In this document: piece by piece, positions 20,918 to 29,835 of the stretch
Layout of the letters: each line of letters opens with the position of its first letter
Position numbering within the stretch: the stretch's first letter is position 1
The notes under the pieces: model-generated
Database searches by the model: none
Seen by the model: the letters and a program-made list of their open reading frames with translations, nothing else
What the model was told of the DNA's origin: nothing
Program-made: the position numbers and the translations under genes
Source of the DNA: Alphaproteobacteria bacterium
GTDB taxonomy: Bacteria > Pseudomonadota > Alphaproteobacteria > UBA9219
Reading direction: 5' to 3'
Assembly (NCBI GenBank): GCA_026225415.1
Contig: JAMFSS010000002.1
Span: 25,915 to 89,914, forward strand
Length of the DNA stretch: 64,000 bases

Positions 20918-22903
20918 ATGACGAATTCTTCCGCCACCCTGCGAGTAATGCTGCCTGCGCCACTGGCCGAGGCCTATGATTACCTGCCTGCAGACGGTGA
21001 AAAACCACATATTGGTGCCTTTGTCGAGGTTCCGTTTGGCGGCCGCTCGCTGATCGGCGTTGTATGGGGGGCAGGCAAAGGCGATGTGCCGGAAAATAAG
21101 CTTAAACACATCATCCGCACGCTCGACCTGCCTTTGGTGCCGGACACAAGCCGCGCCTTCATCGATTGGGTCGCGGCCTATACCCTGACCCCAACCGGCG
21201 CCGTCCTTAAAATGATGTTTGGTAGCGCCAAGCTGATCGAACCGAAAAAGAAAGACGCGTTCGCCTGCCCCGTTTTTAACTCTGACTTTCATCAACCGGA
21301 ATTAAGCGCCGACCAAAAAAGCGCCGCACAAATTTTATCCGATAATGTAAAATCGCAAAAATATTCTGCCACTCTTCTTGACGGCGTCACCGGTTCCGGC
21401 AAAACCGAAGTCTTCTGCGAAGCGATTGCCGAATGTATCCGTCAGGGCAAACAGGCGCTCGTGCTTTTGCCTGAAATCGCGATGACCGCCGCGCTCATCA
21501 ATCGTTTCACCGCCCGTTTCGGCGCGCGCCCCATCGAATGGCATTCAGGGCTCAGCGAAAAACAACGCCGCCTGCATTGGCAAGCGATTGTCAAAGGCGA
21601 GGCGCAATTCATCCTCGGCGCGCGTTCGGCCTTGTTCCTGCCCTACCCCAATCTGGGCCTGATCGTGGTCGATGAAGAACATGAAGCCGCCTATAAACAG
21701 GAAGAAGGCGTTATCTATCACGGGCGCGATATGGCGGTTGCCCGCGCCCATCTGGGCAATATCCCCATCATTTTATCCAGCGCAACGCCATCACTGGAAA
21801 CCCTGTTCAATCTACGTCAGGGCAAATATGGCCATGTCCAACTACGCGAACGGTTCGGCAAAGCGACAATGCCCGATATCAAACTGGTCGATATGCGCGC
21901 CCACAAAATGTCGGCACAGGAATTTATCAGCCCACCTTTGTTCGCCGGATTACAGGAAACAATCGCCACAGGCCAACAGGCGATGCTGTTCCTCAATCGC
22001 CGTGGCTATGCGCCGCTTACCTTATGCCGAGGTTGTGGGCATCGGTTGCAATGCCCGCAATGCACATCCTGGCTGACGGAACATAAACAATCGGGGCGGT
22101 TGCATTGCCATCATTGCAATTACACGATGAAGCTGCCGGAAAAATGCCCGTCTTGCGAAGCCGTCGGCAAATTCGCCGCCTGTGGCCCCGGTGTCGAACG
22201 CATCGCCGAGGAAGTCACCAAACGTCTGCCCGAAGCGCGCTTTGCGATTATGGCCAGCGACACGCTGGAAAATCCGCAAGCCGCGCAAGATCTGGTCGAT
22301 AAAATGGCCAAACGAGAACTAGATATTCTCATCGGCACCCAAATTATGGCCAAGGGGTATCACTTCCCCAGCCTTACTTTGGTCGGGGTGGTTGATGGCG
22401 ATTTGGGGCTGGCGGGCGGCGATCCCCGTGCCGCAGAACGCACCTTTCAACTTCTGCAACAAATGGCGGGGCGCAGCGGGCGCGGCAAAGACGCGGGCCG
22501 CGTCATGCTGCAAACAACCGCCCCCGATCACGCCGTGATGAAAGCGATTGTCAAAGGCGACCGCGATGCCTTTATGGATACTGAATTGTCGGAACGCGAA
22601 GCCTATCACCTGCCGCCCTTCTGGCGTTTGGCATCGCTGACGGTTTCCGGCGAAGACAAAATCGCTGTTATCCGCGCGGCGGATCATCTGGCCTCAACGG
22701 CACCGCAAAACCAGAATCTGCGCATCCTTGGCCCCGCGCCTGCGCCCTTTGCGATGCTGCGCGGACGCTATCGGCATCGTTTGATGATACAGGCGCCACG
22801 CGGAACGAATCTGTCGGCGGTGCTGCGCGGCTGGCTTTCCACGGTCAAATTGCCGCGCAATCTGCGTCTTCTGGTCGATATCGATCCTTATAGTTTCCTG
22901 TAA
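20918..22903 (+). CDS. priA: Primosomal protein N'
   Basis: GVTGSGKT, DEEH, SATPS, four CxxC pairs, QMAGRSGR, VDIDP. Confidence 0.96.
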   Translation: MTNSSATLRVMLPAPLAEAYDYLPADGEKPHIGAFVEVPFGGRSLIGVVWGAGKGDVPENKLKHIIRTLDLPLVPDTSRAFIDWVAAYTLTPTGAVLKMMFGSAKLIEPKKKDAFACPVFNSDFHQPELSADQKSAAQILSDNVKSQKYSATLLDGVTGSGKTEVFCEAIAECIRQGKQALVLLPEIAMTAALINRFTARFGARPIEWHSGLSEKQRRLHWQAIVKGEAQFILGARSALFLPYPNLGLIVVDEEHEAAYKQEEGVIYHGRDMAVARAHLGNIPIILSSATPSLETLFNLRQGKYGHVQLRERFGKATMPDIKLVDMRAHKMSAQEFISPPLFAGLQETIATGQQAMLFLNRRGYAPLTLCRGCGHRLQCPQCTSWLTEHKQSGRLHCHHCNYTMKLPEKCPSCEAVGKFAACGPGVERIAEEVTKRLPEARFAIMASDTLENPQAAQDLVDKMAKRELDILIGTQIMAKGYHFPSLTLVGVVDGDLGLAGGDPRAAERTFQLLQQMAGRSGRGKDAGRVMLQTTAPDHAVMKAIVKGDRDAFMDTELSEREAYHLPPFWRLASLTVSGEDKIAVIRAADHLASTAPQNQNLRILGPAPAPFAMLRGRYRHRLMIQAPRGTNLSAVLRGWLSTVKLPRNLRLLVDIDPYSFL

Positions 22904-23033
22904 CGTTAAGCTTAACAGCCCCATAAATACCCAAATCAGTTGACAAATTACCCCTAACGGGCATGCCGAATTACTTTCATGATTTTATTCAAAAATAACT
23001 GCATGAAAGTTTTTGAACATTGCCCGTCGGCCA

Positions 23034-23048
23034 TTAAGGTTGGATTAG
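23034..23048. promoter_or_regulatory. CtrA-box-like site
   Basis: TTAA-GGTTGGA-TTAG versus CtrA consensus TTAA-N7-TTAA. Confidence 0.4.
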
Positions 23049-23131
23049 GAATTGAGTGTTAGACATTTAAACAAGACGAATCATTTTAAAAAGTGCGTCA
23101 GTAAAAAGAGAACCTAAGAAAGAATAAGGCA

Positions 23132-23341
23132 ATGTTAGTAGAAGTTACACCAGCCACCTATCTCGCCCTTTGCGGCCTTGTCAGCGATGCATTACAGCAT
23201 CCCAGCGACGCGACCGCTATTCTGGTTCGCGCGGCCAAGGAATTGGGAACGGCGACAGCTGGCAATATGATCCCGTCCGAATTGCTGGAAGAACCTGAAC
23301 GCATGGAAAATCTGCGCCGCGCCGGATTCGTGGGTCGTTAA
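23132..23341 (+). CDS. Hypothetical protein (69 aa)
   Basis: TAAGG RBS; ends 9 bp before the phosphatase gene. Confidence 0.55.
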   Translation: MLVEVTPATYLALCGLVSDALQHPSDATAILVRAAKELGTATAGNMIPSELLEEPERMENLRRAGFVGR

Positions 23342-23350
23342 ACTGTCCAA

Positions 23351-23953
23351 ATGACAATTCATCTGACGATATCTCGTGCCGATGAAGTTGTTGATCTTGT
23401 CCAAGCGTCAATCCGGAACAATATTCCTTATGACGCAATCATCTCTATCGAACATCCGGGCGCAAAGAATTTAACGGCTGAAAAAGGGCGCGCCCCGCGC
23501 CTGAATCAAGAAATTGGCGTAGAATGGAAAGACAAACAACTTATTCTTGTCTGTTATGATGTTGAGCATTCAAACTTTGGCGTCCCCGCTCCCGAACAAA
23601 ACATTGTCACGGATGCGATTAAATTTATCAATGACCGCATGCCAGCCCATCGTCCGATGCGGCTTCTTATTCATTGCCGCAGCGGCAAAGCGCGAAGCGC
23701 AGGGTTGGGGCTGGTTTTATTAGCCAGCGAAAATAACCTGTCTCCCGATGCGGCTCTTGCCCAACTTATAAAAATCCGCCCGATCGCCGCACCTAATCTG
23801 GCAATTGTCGAGCAGGGCGATTTGTTATTGGGACAAAAAGGTGCCTTGATTAAAGCTGTTTTGGCCGATCCTAATGTAACCGAACGCCGCGCCGCATCCG
23901 AACGTGCGCGGGTGCATCAAGTTGAAAGTAGGCGAATAATGCCTAAGCCTTAA
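23351..23953 (+). CDS. Protein-tyrosine/dual-specificity phosphatase-like protein
   Basis: LIHCRSGKARS (CX5R) and IRPIAAPN. Confidence 0.85.
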   Translation: MTIHLTISRADEVVDLVQASIRNNIPYDAIISIEHPGAKNLTAEKGRAPRLNQEIGVEWKDKQLILVCYDVEHSNFGVPAPEQNIVTDAIKFINDRMPAHRPMRLLIHCRSGKARSAGLGLVLLASENNLSPDAALAQLIKIRPIAAPNLAIVEQGDLLLGQKGALIKAVLADPNVTERRAASERARVHQVESRRIMPKP

Positions 23954-24797
23954 AATGCTTGAACGGAAAATACCGTGCCCGCACGCTGCCAAACCGCCCC
24001 AGCAGTAATGACAAAACATACATCCCGCCGACCACCAGAATAATGGCGGGGCCGCTGGGTACCTGTGCGGCAAAGGCTATCATCAAACCAATCACGGCAC
24101 CCACAACGGCAATCCCGATCGACACCACCAACATCGTGCGCAAACGCTGCGTCCAGAATTGCGCGGCAATCGCGGGAATAAGCATCAAACCCGCCGACAT
24201 CAAAGTCCCCATCGCGCGGTAGCTTTCAACCATATTCAAAACCGCCAGCGTCAAAAACATGCCCTGAACCAAGCCGCCCTTGCCGCCAACCGACCGCAAA
24301 AAAACGGGGTCAAAAGATTCCATAACCAGCGGGCGATAAATCATCGCCAACACCACAACCGTCACGGCGCTTATCCCCGCCATTAATGATACAATCCCAT
24401 TATCCAAATTCTGCGCATCGCCGAACAAAATATCTTCTAAATCCTTGGCGCTGCCATGCAGGGCAATCATCATCACGCCCGCCGCCACGGCAATCAGATA
24501 AAACGCTGCTAACGAAGCATCCTCACGCAAAGATGTTACCCGCGTCACAAAACCGGCAATCAACGCAACCGATAATCCGGCCGCAACACCGCCAATGCTC
24601 ATCATCGGTATCGACATGCCGCATAAGATAAACGCAGCCGCAACACCCGGCAAAATGGCATGCGCCATCACATCGCCCATCAAACTCATGCGGCGCAAAA
24701 CCAGAAACACGCCCAAAGGCGCGCTACCCACCGATACGCACAAAGCGGCAATTAACGCGCGTTGCATGGCGGGATCGTTAAAAAATCCATTCATCAT
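23943..24797 (-). CDS. Zn/Mn ABC transporter permease (ZnuB/AztB-like)
   Basis: LRRMSLMGDVMAHAILPG, ILFG, SFDP, PSGPAI. Confidence 0.92.
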   Translation of the reverse strand: MMNGFFNDPAMQRALIAALCVSVGSAPLGVFLVLRRMSLMGDVMAHAILPGVAAAFILCGMSIPMMSIGGVAAGLSVALIAGFVTRVTSLREDASLAAFYLIAVAAGVMMIALHGSAKDLEDILFGDAQNLDNGIVSLMAGISAVTVVVLAMIYRPLVMESFDPVFLRSVGGKGGLVQGMFLTLAVLNMVESYRAMGTLMSAGLMLIPAIAAQFWTQRLRTMLVVSIGIAVVGAVIGLMIAFAAQVPSGPAIILVVGGMYVLSLLLGRFGSVRARYFPFKHFKA

Positions 24798-25540
24798 GCC
24801 GCGTGCCCTCCCTGCGCGTCACACACATCGGCATGTTCAACCCATGTGCCGGCCTGTGCGGAAGCCCGCGCCAGATTTTCATCGCGCATAACATCGCCTG
24901 TATCGCCCCACGCAATTAAATCCCGCGCCAACAACAAAGTTTGCGGAAAATGATCGCGCACCAATTGGAAGTCATGCATCACGCAAATAATGGTGCAACC
25001 ATGCTGACGCCAATGCTCCAACACATGAATTAAATCATGCGTCGTTCGGCTGTCTATCGCGGCAAAAGGCTCATCCAGCAAAATAATCTTGGCACGTTGC
25101 AAAGATAACCGCGCAAACAAAACGCGTTGCCACTGCCCGGTGGACAAAGAAATAATAGGACGCGTCGCGAACGATGCCATATCGACCATCGTCAATGCCC
25201 GCATTGCCGCCTCGCGATGCTCGTTACGCCGCCGACCCAACGCACCCAGTTTCGGCCAATGCCCCGCCAACACCACATCCATCACATTAATGGGAAAGGT
25301 GCGGTCGATTTCAAACTGTTGCGGCAGATAGGCTATTTCGCCCCGCGCCACGCCGCCATAGTCAACCGATCCTGTCATCAACGGCATAAAACCAGCCAAC
25401 GCCTTGACCAAAGTGCTTTTGCCGCCGCCATTCGGTCCCACCACAGCCGTCATCGATGCATCGGCAAATTCGCCATTCACATGATGCACAACGGGCCGCC
25501 GGTCATAGCCCGCGGAAAGATTGGTAAGTTTTATGGTCAT
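24794..25540 (-). CDS. Zn/Mn ABC transporter ATPase (ZnuC/AztA-like)
   Basis: GPNGGGKST, LSTGQ, LLDEPF, HD; C-terminal His/Cys tail. Confidence 0.92.
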   Translation of the reverse strand: MTIKLTNLSAGYDRRPVVHHVNGEFADASMTAVVGPNGGGKSTLVKALAGFMPLMTGSVDYGGVARGEIAYLPQQFEIDRTFPINVMDVVLAGHWPKLGALGRRRNEHREAAMRALTMVDMASFATRPIISLSTGQWQRVLFARLSLQRAKIILLDEPFAAIDSRTTHDLIHVLEHWRQHGCTIICVMHDFQLVRDHFPQTLLLARDLIAWGDTGDVMRDENLARASAQAGTWVEHADVCDAQGGHAA

Positions 25541-25578
25541 TCAATCAGTTGTTTCATTATCTTAAAGTGACAAAGTCA

Positions 25579-25593
25579 TGTTATAATATAACA
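25579..25593. promoter_or_regulatory. Zur box
   Basis: Perfect palindrome TGTTATA-A-TATAACA matching the proteobacterial Zur core, 38 bp upstream of the metal ABC ATPase. Confidence 0.85.
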
Positions 25594-25690
25594 CGCTAAA
25601 ACGCTATCCCTCTTTTCTGTCCCCGCCAAGCTTGAACGAACCCGCGACTCGGGCAATAACCATGCGCAGATAATCCACCAAGGAATCCCC

Positions 25691-25996
25691 ATGCAAGACA
25701 TCCTCACCTGGCTCGATGCCCATGTAACGCTGTGGGTCATCATCGGCCTTGCTGGCCAAACTTTGTTCATGAGCCGTTTTATCGTGCAATGGATAGCGTC
25801 AGAACGTGCCAAGAAAAGCGTTATGCCCGAAGCCTTTTGGTATTTCAGCCTCGGCGGCGGGCTCATCGTATCGGCCTATGCCATCCATAAACAGGATATT
25901 GTTTTCATGTTGGGGCAAATGCCGGGTGTCATCGTTTATTCGCGCAATATCTATTTCATCCATAAACACAAACGCGCCAAAATCATCAATGCTTGA
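25691..25996 (+). CDS. Lipid A biosynthesis N-terminal domain (LAB_N) membrane protein
   Basis: GQTLFMSRFIVQWIASE...SVMPEAFWYFS...DIVFMLGQ...YSRN. Confidence 0.9.
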   Translation: MQDILTWLDAHVTLWVIIGLAGQTLFMSRFIVQWIASERAKKSVMPEAFWYFSLGGGLIVSAYAIHKQDIVFMLGQMPGVIVYSRNIYFIHKHKRAKIINA

Positions 25997-27668
25997 AAAA
26001 CTTTTAACCATCCCGGCGTCTTTTTCCACCTCAGATAATAAACGGCTTTCACCGCTCGCCTATCTGTTCCTGCTCATGCTGTGTTTCGGTTTTTTCGCGC
26101 CGGGCTTTGCAACCTTGCCGCCAACCGACCGCGATGAATCCTCTTTTGCGCAAGCCAGCAAACAGATGATTGAAACCGGCAATTACACCGATATAAGATT
26201 GCAAAAAGAACCGCGCTACAAAAAACCCATCGGCATCTATTGGCTGCAAAGCACAGCGGTACGAATTTTCAATCCACACCATCTTGACGAAATCTGGGCT
26301 TACCGTATCCCATCCCTTATCGGCGCGATAATTGCCGTGTTAATGACGGCGGCGTTAGGCTCTTTGTTATTTAACCCCGCCACCGGCCTTATCGCCGGCA
26401 TGATGATGGCCGGTTGCGTGTTGTTGAATGTCGAGGCACGCATCGCAACGACCGATGCCGCCCTGCTTGGCAGTATAATGGTCGCGCAATATGCGCTCGC
26501 CCGCGCCTATTTGGGGCAAATCAATAATTGGAAAATGCCGCTCGCATTCTGGACATCCCTCGCCATCGGCATCCTGATCAAAGGCCCCATCATCCTGCTG
26601 CCCATCTGTTCCGTTCTTATCTGGATGAAAATCGCCGATAAAAACATCACATGGGCGCGCAGCCTTAAACCACTGTTCGGCATTCCTTACGCGCTCGCCC
26701 TCATTGCCCCCTGGTTCATCGCCATATCCATGCAAAGCCACGGCGCATTTCTACAACAATCGGCGGGCAACGACATGCTCGCCAAACTCTGGCAAGGCCA
26801 GAACCGCGGCATCCTGCCGCCCGGCCTCCATCTTATGGCGCTGCCGGTTGTGTTCTTTCCCTATTCGCTGTTCGTCGTTTTCGCCGCACCCGATATCTGG
26901 CGCAACCGCCGCGATACGGCCGTTAAATTCTGCATCGCATGGGCGGTGCCGACATGGCTGGTGTTTGAAATCTCGCTGACCAAATTGCCGCATTACACCT
27001 TGCCCGCCTATCCTGCTATTGCCATACTTACGGCCAAATTCCTGATCGACGGCCTGCCTTCCATGTCGAACACACCGCGCCGTTTGCCGCTCGCGCTTAT
27101 TATCGCGATGTGGTTGATGATCGGCGTTGGCTTTGCGTTTGTGTTTTCCACCCTGCCCGGATTCTCCGATCATCAATGGCAGGCACCGCAAATCATCGCC
27201 GGCGTTTTGCTGATCATCGCGCAAGGCTTGGCACTCGCGCTTTTGCCGCGCCAAAAAATCGGCAGCTTTGTCATCGTCACGATTGGCAGCCTGATTTTCC
27301 TCAGTACAACCTTCGGCATAACCCTGCCGTCGCTGCACAATATCTGGATGTCGCGCGAAATCGTCGCGGCGGTCGATGCCATCAAACCCTGCCCCGATAG
27401 CATCATCATCAGCCTCGGCTATCATGAACCCAGCCTCGCCTTCCTTGGCGGCACCGACACGATGATGACCAAAGATGCCACCGAAGCAGCTCAAGATTTG
27501 GCCGAAGGCACCTGCCGCGTCGCGGTTATCGACGCGAAACATAAAGACGAATTCATCGGCCATTTTGTCGACACATCAAAACCGCATGAAGTCGGCGCGA
27601 TCGAAGGGCTCAATTCCGGCCACGGCGCAGAAACGGCGCTGACTTTATTCGTAATGCCGCGCCCATGA
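25989..27668 (+). CDS. ArnT-family lipid A glycosyltransferase
   Basis: DRDE...FAQASKQM, KKPIGIYW, YRIPS, KGP, TKLPHY, GYHEPSL; start trimmed to MLEKLL. Confidence 0.9.
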   Translation: MLEKLLTIPASFSTSDNKRLSPLAYLFLLMLCFGFFAPGFATLPPTDRDESSFAQASKQMIETGNYTDIRLQKEPRYKKPIGIYWLQSTAVRIFNPHHLDEIWAYRIPSLIGAIIAVLMTAALGSLLFNPATGLIAGMMMAGCVLLNVEARIATTDAALLGSIMVAQYALARAYLGQINNWKMPLAFWTSLAIGILIKGPIILLPICSVLIWMKIADKNITWARSLKPLFGIPYALALIAPWFIAISMQSHGAFLQQSAGNDMLAKLWQGQNRGILPPGLHLMALPVVFFPYSLFVVFAAPDIWRNRRDTAVKFCIAWAVPTWLVFEISLTKLPHYTLPAYPAIAILTAKFLIDGLPSMSNTPRRLPLALIIAMWLMIGVGFAFVFSTLPGFSDHQWQAPQIIAGVLLIIAQGLALALLPRQKIGSFVIVTIGSLIFLSTTFGITLPSLHNIWMSREIVAAVDAIKPCPDSIIISLGYHEPSLAFLGGTDTMMTKDATEAAQDLAEGTCRVAVIDAKHKDEFIGHFVDTSKPHEVGAIEGLNSGHGAETALTLFVMPRP

Positions 27669-28351
27669 AAAAATACGCCAAGCCAGCAGCGATAATCGCC
27701 GGATTTCTCGCACTCGAAATACTGCTCTATCTCTATATCGACCGCCCGCTGGCCGTCCTGATGCGTGATATGGGCTCGTTCGACCCCAACTTCACCGACT
27801 TCTTCCGCACCATCACCGATCTCGGCAAATCCGTCTGGTATCTGGTGCCCTGCGGGCTCGCCGTCCTTTTCTGCGCCTTTCTTTCACGCGGCAAAGACGT
27901 CCCGCCCGCCTATCGCCGCCTGTTCGGCTATGTCGGCCTGCGCGCCCTGTTTCTTTTCCTGACTATCGGCGTTTCCGGTATTGTCGCCGACATCATCAAA
28001 CCCATCGCGGGCCGCGCACGCCCCATCCTGTACCTGCGCGACTCATTCTTTGGCTTCGCGCCCTTCAACGCCCAGGGCTTTTTATGGAACGGCTTTCCGT
28101 CCGGCCACACAACAACCGCCGTCGCGCTGGCCTGCAGCCTCTCGCTGCTCTATCCCCGCGCGCGCATTTTGTGGTTTACCTATGCGGGTTTGCTGACGGC
28201 CAGCCGCGTGATAGTTAACGCCCATTATCTGTCCGATGTCTGCGCCGGAGCCTTCCTTGGATGGGCAACAACTTACCTTCTTTACCAGCATGGGATGTTT
28301 CGCATTAATGCAATTATTTTTCCCATTGACAAACCATCCCCCACAGAGTAG
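27665..28351 (+). CDS. PAP2 phosphatase (LpxE/LpxF-like)
   Basis: KPIAGRARP, FPSGH, SRVIVNAHYLSD. Confidence 0.9.
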   Translation: MKKYAKPAAIIAGFLALEILLYLYIDRPLAVLMRDMGSFDPNFTDFFRTITDLGKSVWYLVPCGLAVLFCAFLSRGKDVPPAYRRLFGYVGLRALFLFLTIGVSGIVADIIKPIAGRARPILYLRDSFFGFAPFNAQGFLWNGFPSGHTTTAVALACSLSLLYPRARILWFTYAGLLTASRVIVNAHYLSDVCAGAFLGWATTYLLYQHGMFRINAIIFPIDKPSPTE

Positions 28352-28360
28352 GGATTTTCC

Positions 28361-28846
28361 ATGACAAAAAAAGAAACAACGACACCCGCATGGGTCAAAA
28401 ACATGCTCGCGCTGATGGATCAGCACAGCTTCAATCCGCGCAGCCTGTCGCTCCGCGCAGGCCTCAATGCCACGGCGGTGCGCGATATGATCGAAGGGCG
28501 GTCACGCTTCCCCCGTTACGACACGGTGCAGGCGCTGGCCGACGCGCTTTCCACAACGCCTGCGTTACTGATGGCCGACGGCAAAAGCGCCAAAACAAAG
28601 GGCGAAACCTTTGGCCAGGATGTGGAATTATTGACCGAAATCATCGCGCGGTTACAGGAAACCGCCGAAGAAATGGGGCGCGAATTGCAACCGCGCGAAT
28701 TTGCCGCCATGTCGGCCACGCTTTTCCGCCGCTTGCTGGAAGGCGGCGATATCCCCTTGACTAAAAACCGCGCAGCCGCGCTGAAACCCCAAATCCACGA
28801 TCTTTTGGAATATGAAACGCTGCGCCACAAAAAGAAAAAGGGATAA
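28361..28846 (+). CDS. XRE-family HTH regulator with an unknown C-terminal helical domain
   Basis: RSLSLRAGLNATAVRDMIEGRSRFPRYDTVQALADAL. Confidence 0.8.
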   Translation: MTKKETTTPAWVKNMLALMDQHSFNPRSLSLRAGLNATAVRDMIEGRSRFPRYDTVQALADALSTTPALLMADGKSAKTKGETFGQDVELLTEIIARLQETAEEMGRELQPREFAAMSATLFRRLLEGGDIPLTKNRAAALKPQIHDLLEYETLRHKKKKG

Positions 28847-28856
28847 GACTTACTTT

Positions 28857-28936
28857 CTTCCCTCTCCCCTAGGGAGAGGAGCAAAAACTTAGGCTTGCGC
28901 CATACCGCGCAAGTCCTGGTTTTTGCAGGTGAGGGG
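28857..28936 (+). repeat. Intergenic palindromic repeat, copy B
   Basis: CCTCTCCCCTAGGGAGAGGA-GCAAAAACTTAGGCTTGCGC-CATACC-GCGCAAGTCCTGGTTTTTGC-AGGTGAGGGG. Confidence 0.9.
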
Positions 28937-29035
28937 CTTATGTTTGGTAATTAAACCACCACCCCCACAAAATAAAGCAATTTACTTTCAACAACACATG
29001 ATAAACTGCTCCATTACAAAATAAGGGTTATTACA

Positions 29036-29374
29036 ATGGACGATAAAGGCGAAAAAATTGTTTTCCTAGCGCCCGAAAAAAAACCAGCCACGACAATCAC
29101 AATGACCTTCAAGGCGTTGTGCTTCACCAGCCTGTTGGCCGCAAGCGGCAGCGCGATTGTCACCAATGCCCTGCACGATAATGTGCGCCCGCTGAACCGT
29201 TACGAAAAAACCGAAATCAAAGCCCTGATTTTCTATACGACGAAAACCAAGGGCATCGACGAAGCCACGTTGCAACAGGCTATCGCCACCAAATGGGGCA
29301 CGCAAAATCTGGATGATCTAACCAACGCCGATTTCCCGGCCATCCGCCGCTTCCTGCAAGAAAAAGCGCAGTAA
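29036..29374 (+). CDS. Hypothetical protein with one hydrophobic segment
   Basis: AAGGG RBS, 112 aa. Confidence 0.65.
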   Translation: MDDKGEKIVFLAPEKKPATTITMTFKALCFTSLLAASGSAIVTNALHDNVRPLNRYEKTEIKALIFYTTKTKGIDEATLQQAIATKWGTQNLDDLTNADFPAIRRFLQEKAQ

Positions 29375-29379
29375 CCCCT

Positions 29380-29403
29380 TCTTACTTTTTGCAGGTGAGG
29401 GGT
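29380..29403 (+). repeat. 3' fragment of the palindromic repeat, copy C
   Basis: TCTTACTTTTTGCAGGTGAGGGGT. Confidence 0.7.
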
Positions 29404-29438
29404 TCCCCCCTTTACCGTTTAAGCACAACCCTCTCCAC

Positions 29439-29531
29439 GTCATGCCGGACTTGATCCGCGTGGAATAACATCTGCGTGAATAAGCTAGTTGCAGCTCCAC
29501 GCCATCGCCGCGCGTCCGCGCGGGAGATGAC
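29439..29531. repeat. GTCAT-type REP-like pair interrupted by a 43-bp insert
   Basis: GTCATGCCGGACTTGATCCG...[insert]...CCATC...GCGCGTCCGCGCGGGAGATGAC, with GTCAT/ATGAC ends. Confidence 0.65.
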
Positions 29532-29835
29532 TCTTCTGACCAAAAATAATATGGCCATACCAGGCATCTACATATACTTATGCCCCCTTTATATCCCCAC
29601 ACCAAAAATTATGGTTAATTCCCCCCATTCCCCCCACATCTGGGAAAAACCACTAAAAACTTATGATGAAACTATTAATTACCTTTGAAGTTAACGCCGC
29701 GAATCTATACAAAACAGATGCCGATTATTTTATTTATTCATGATACGGCTCCGACGAAAAGAATTCGCCGTGGCATAGGAAAAATAAAATAATCCTGAAA
29801 CGTAAACTTAACTCATAAAACCGGAGAGATTGAAA

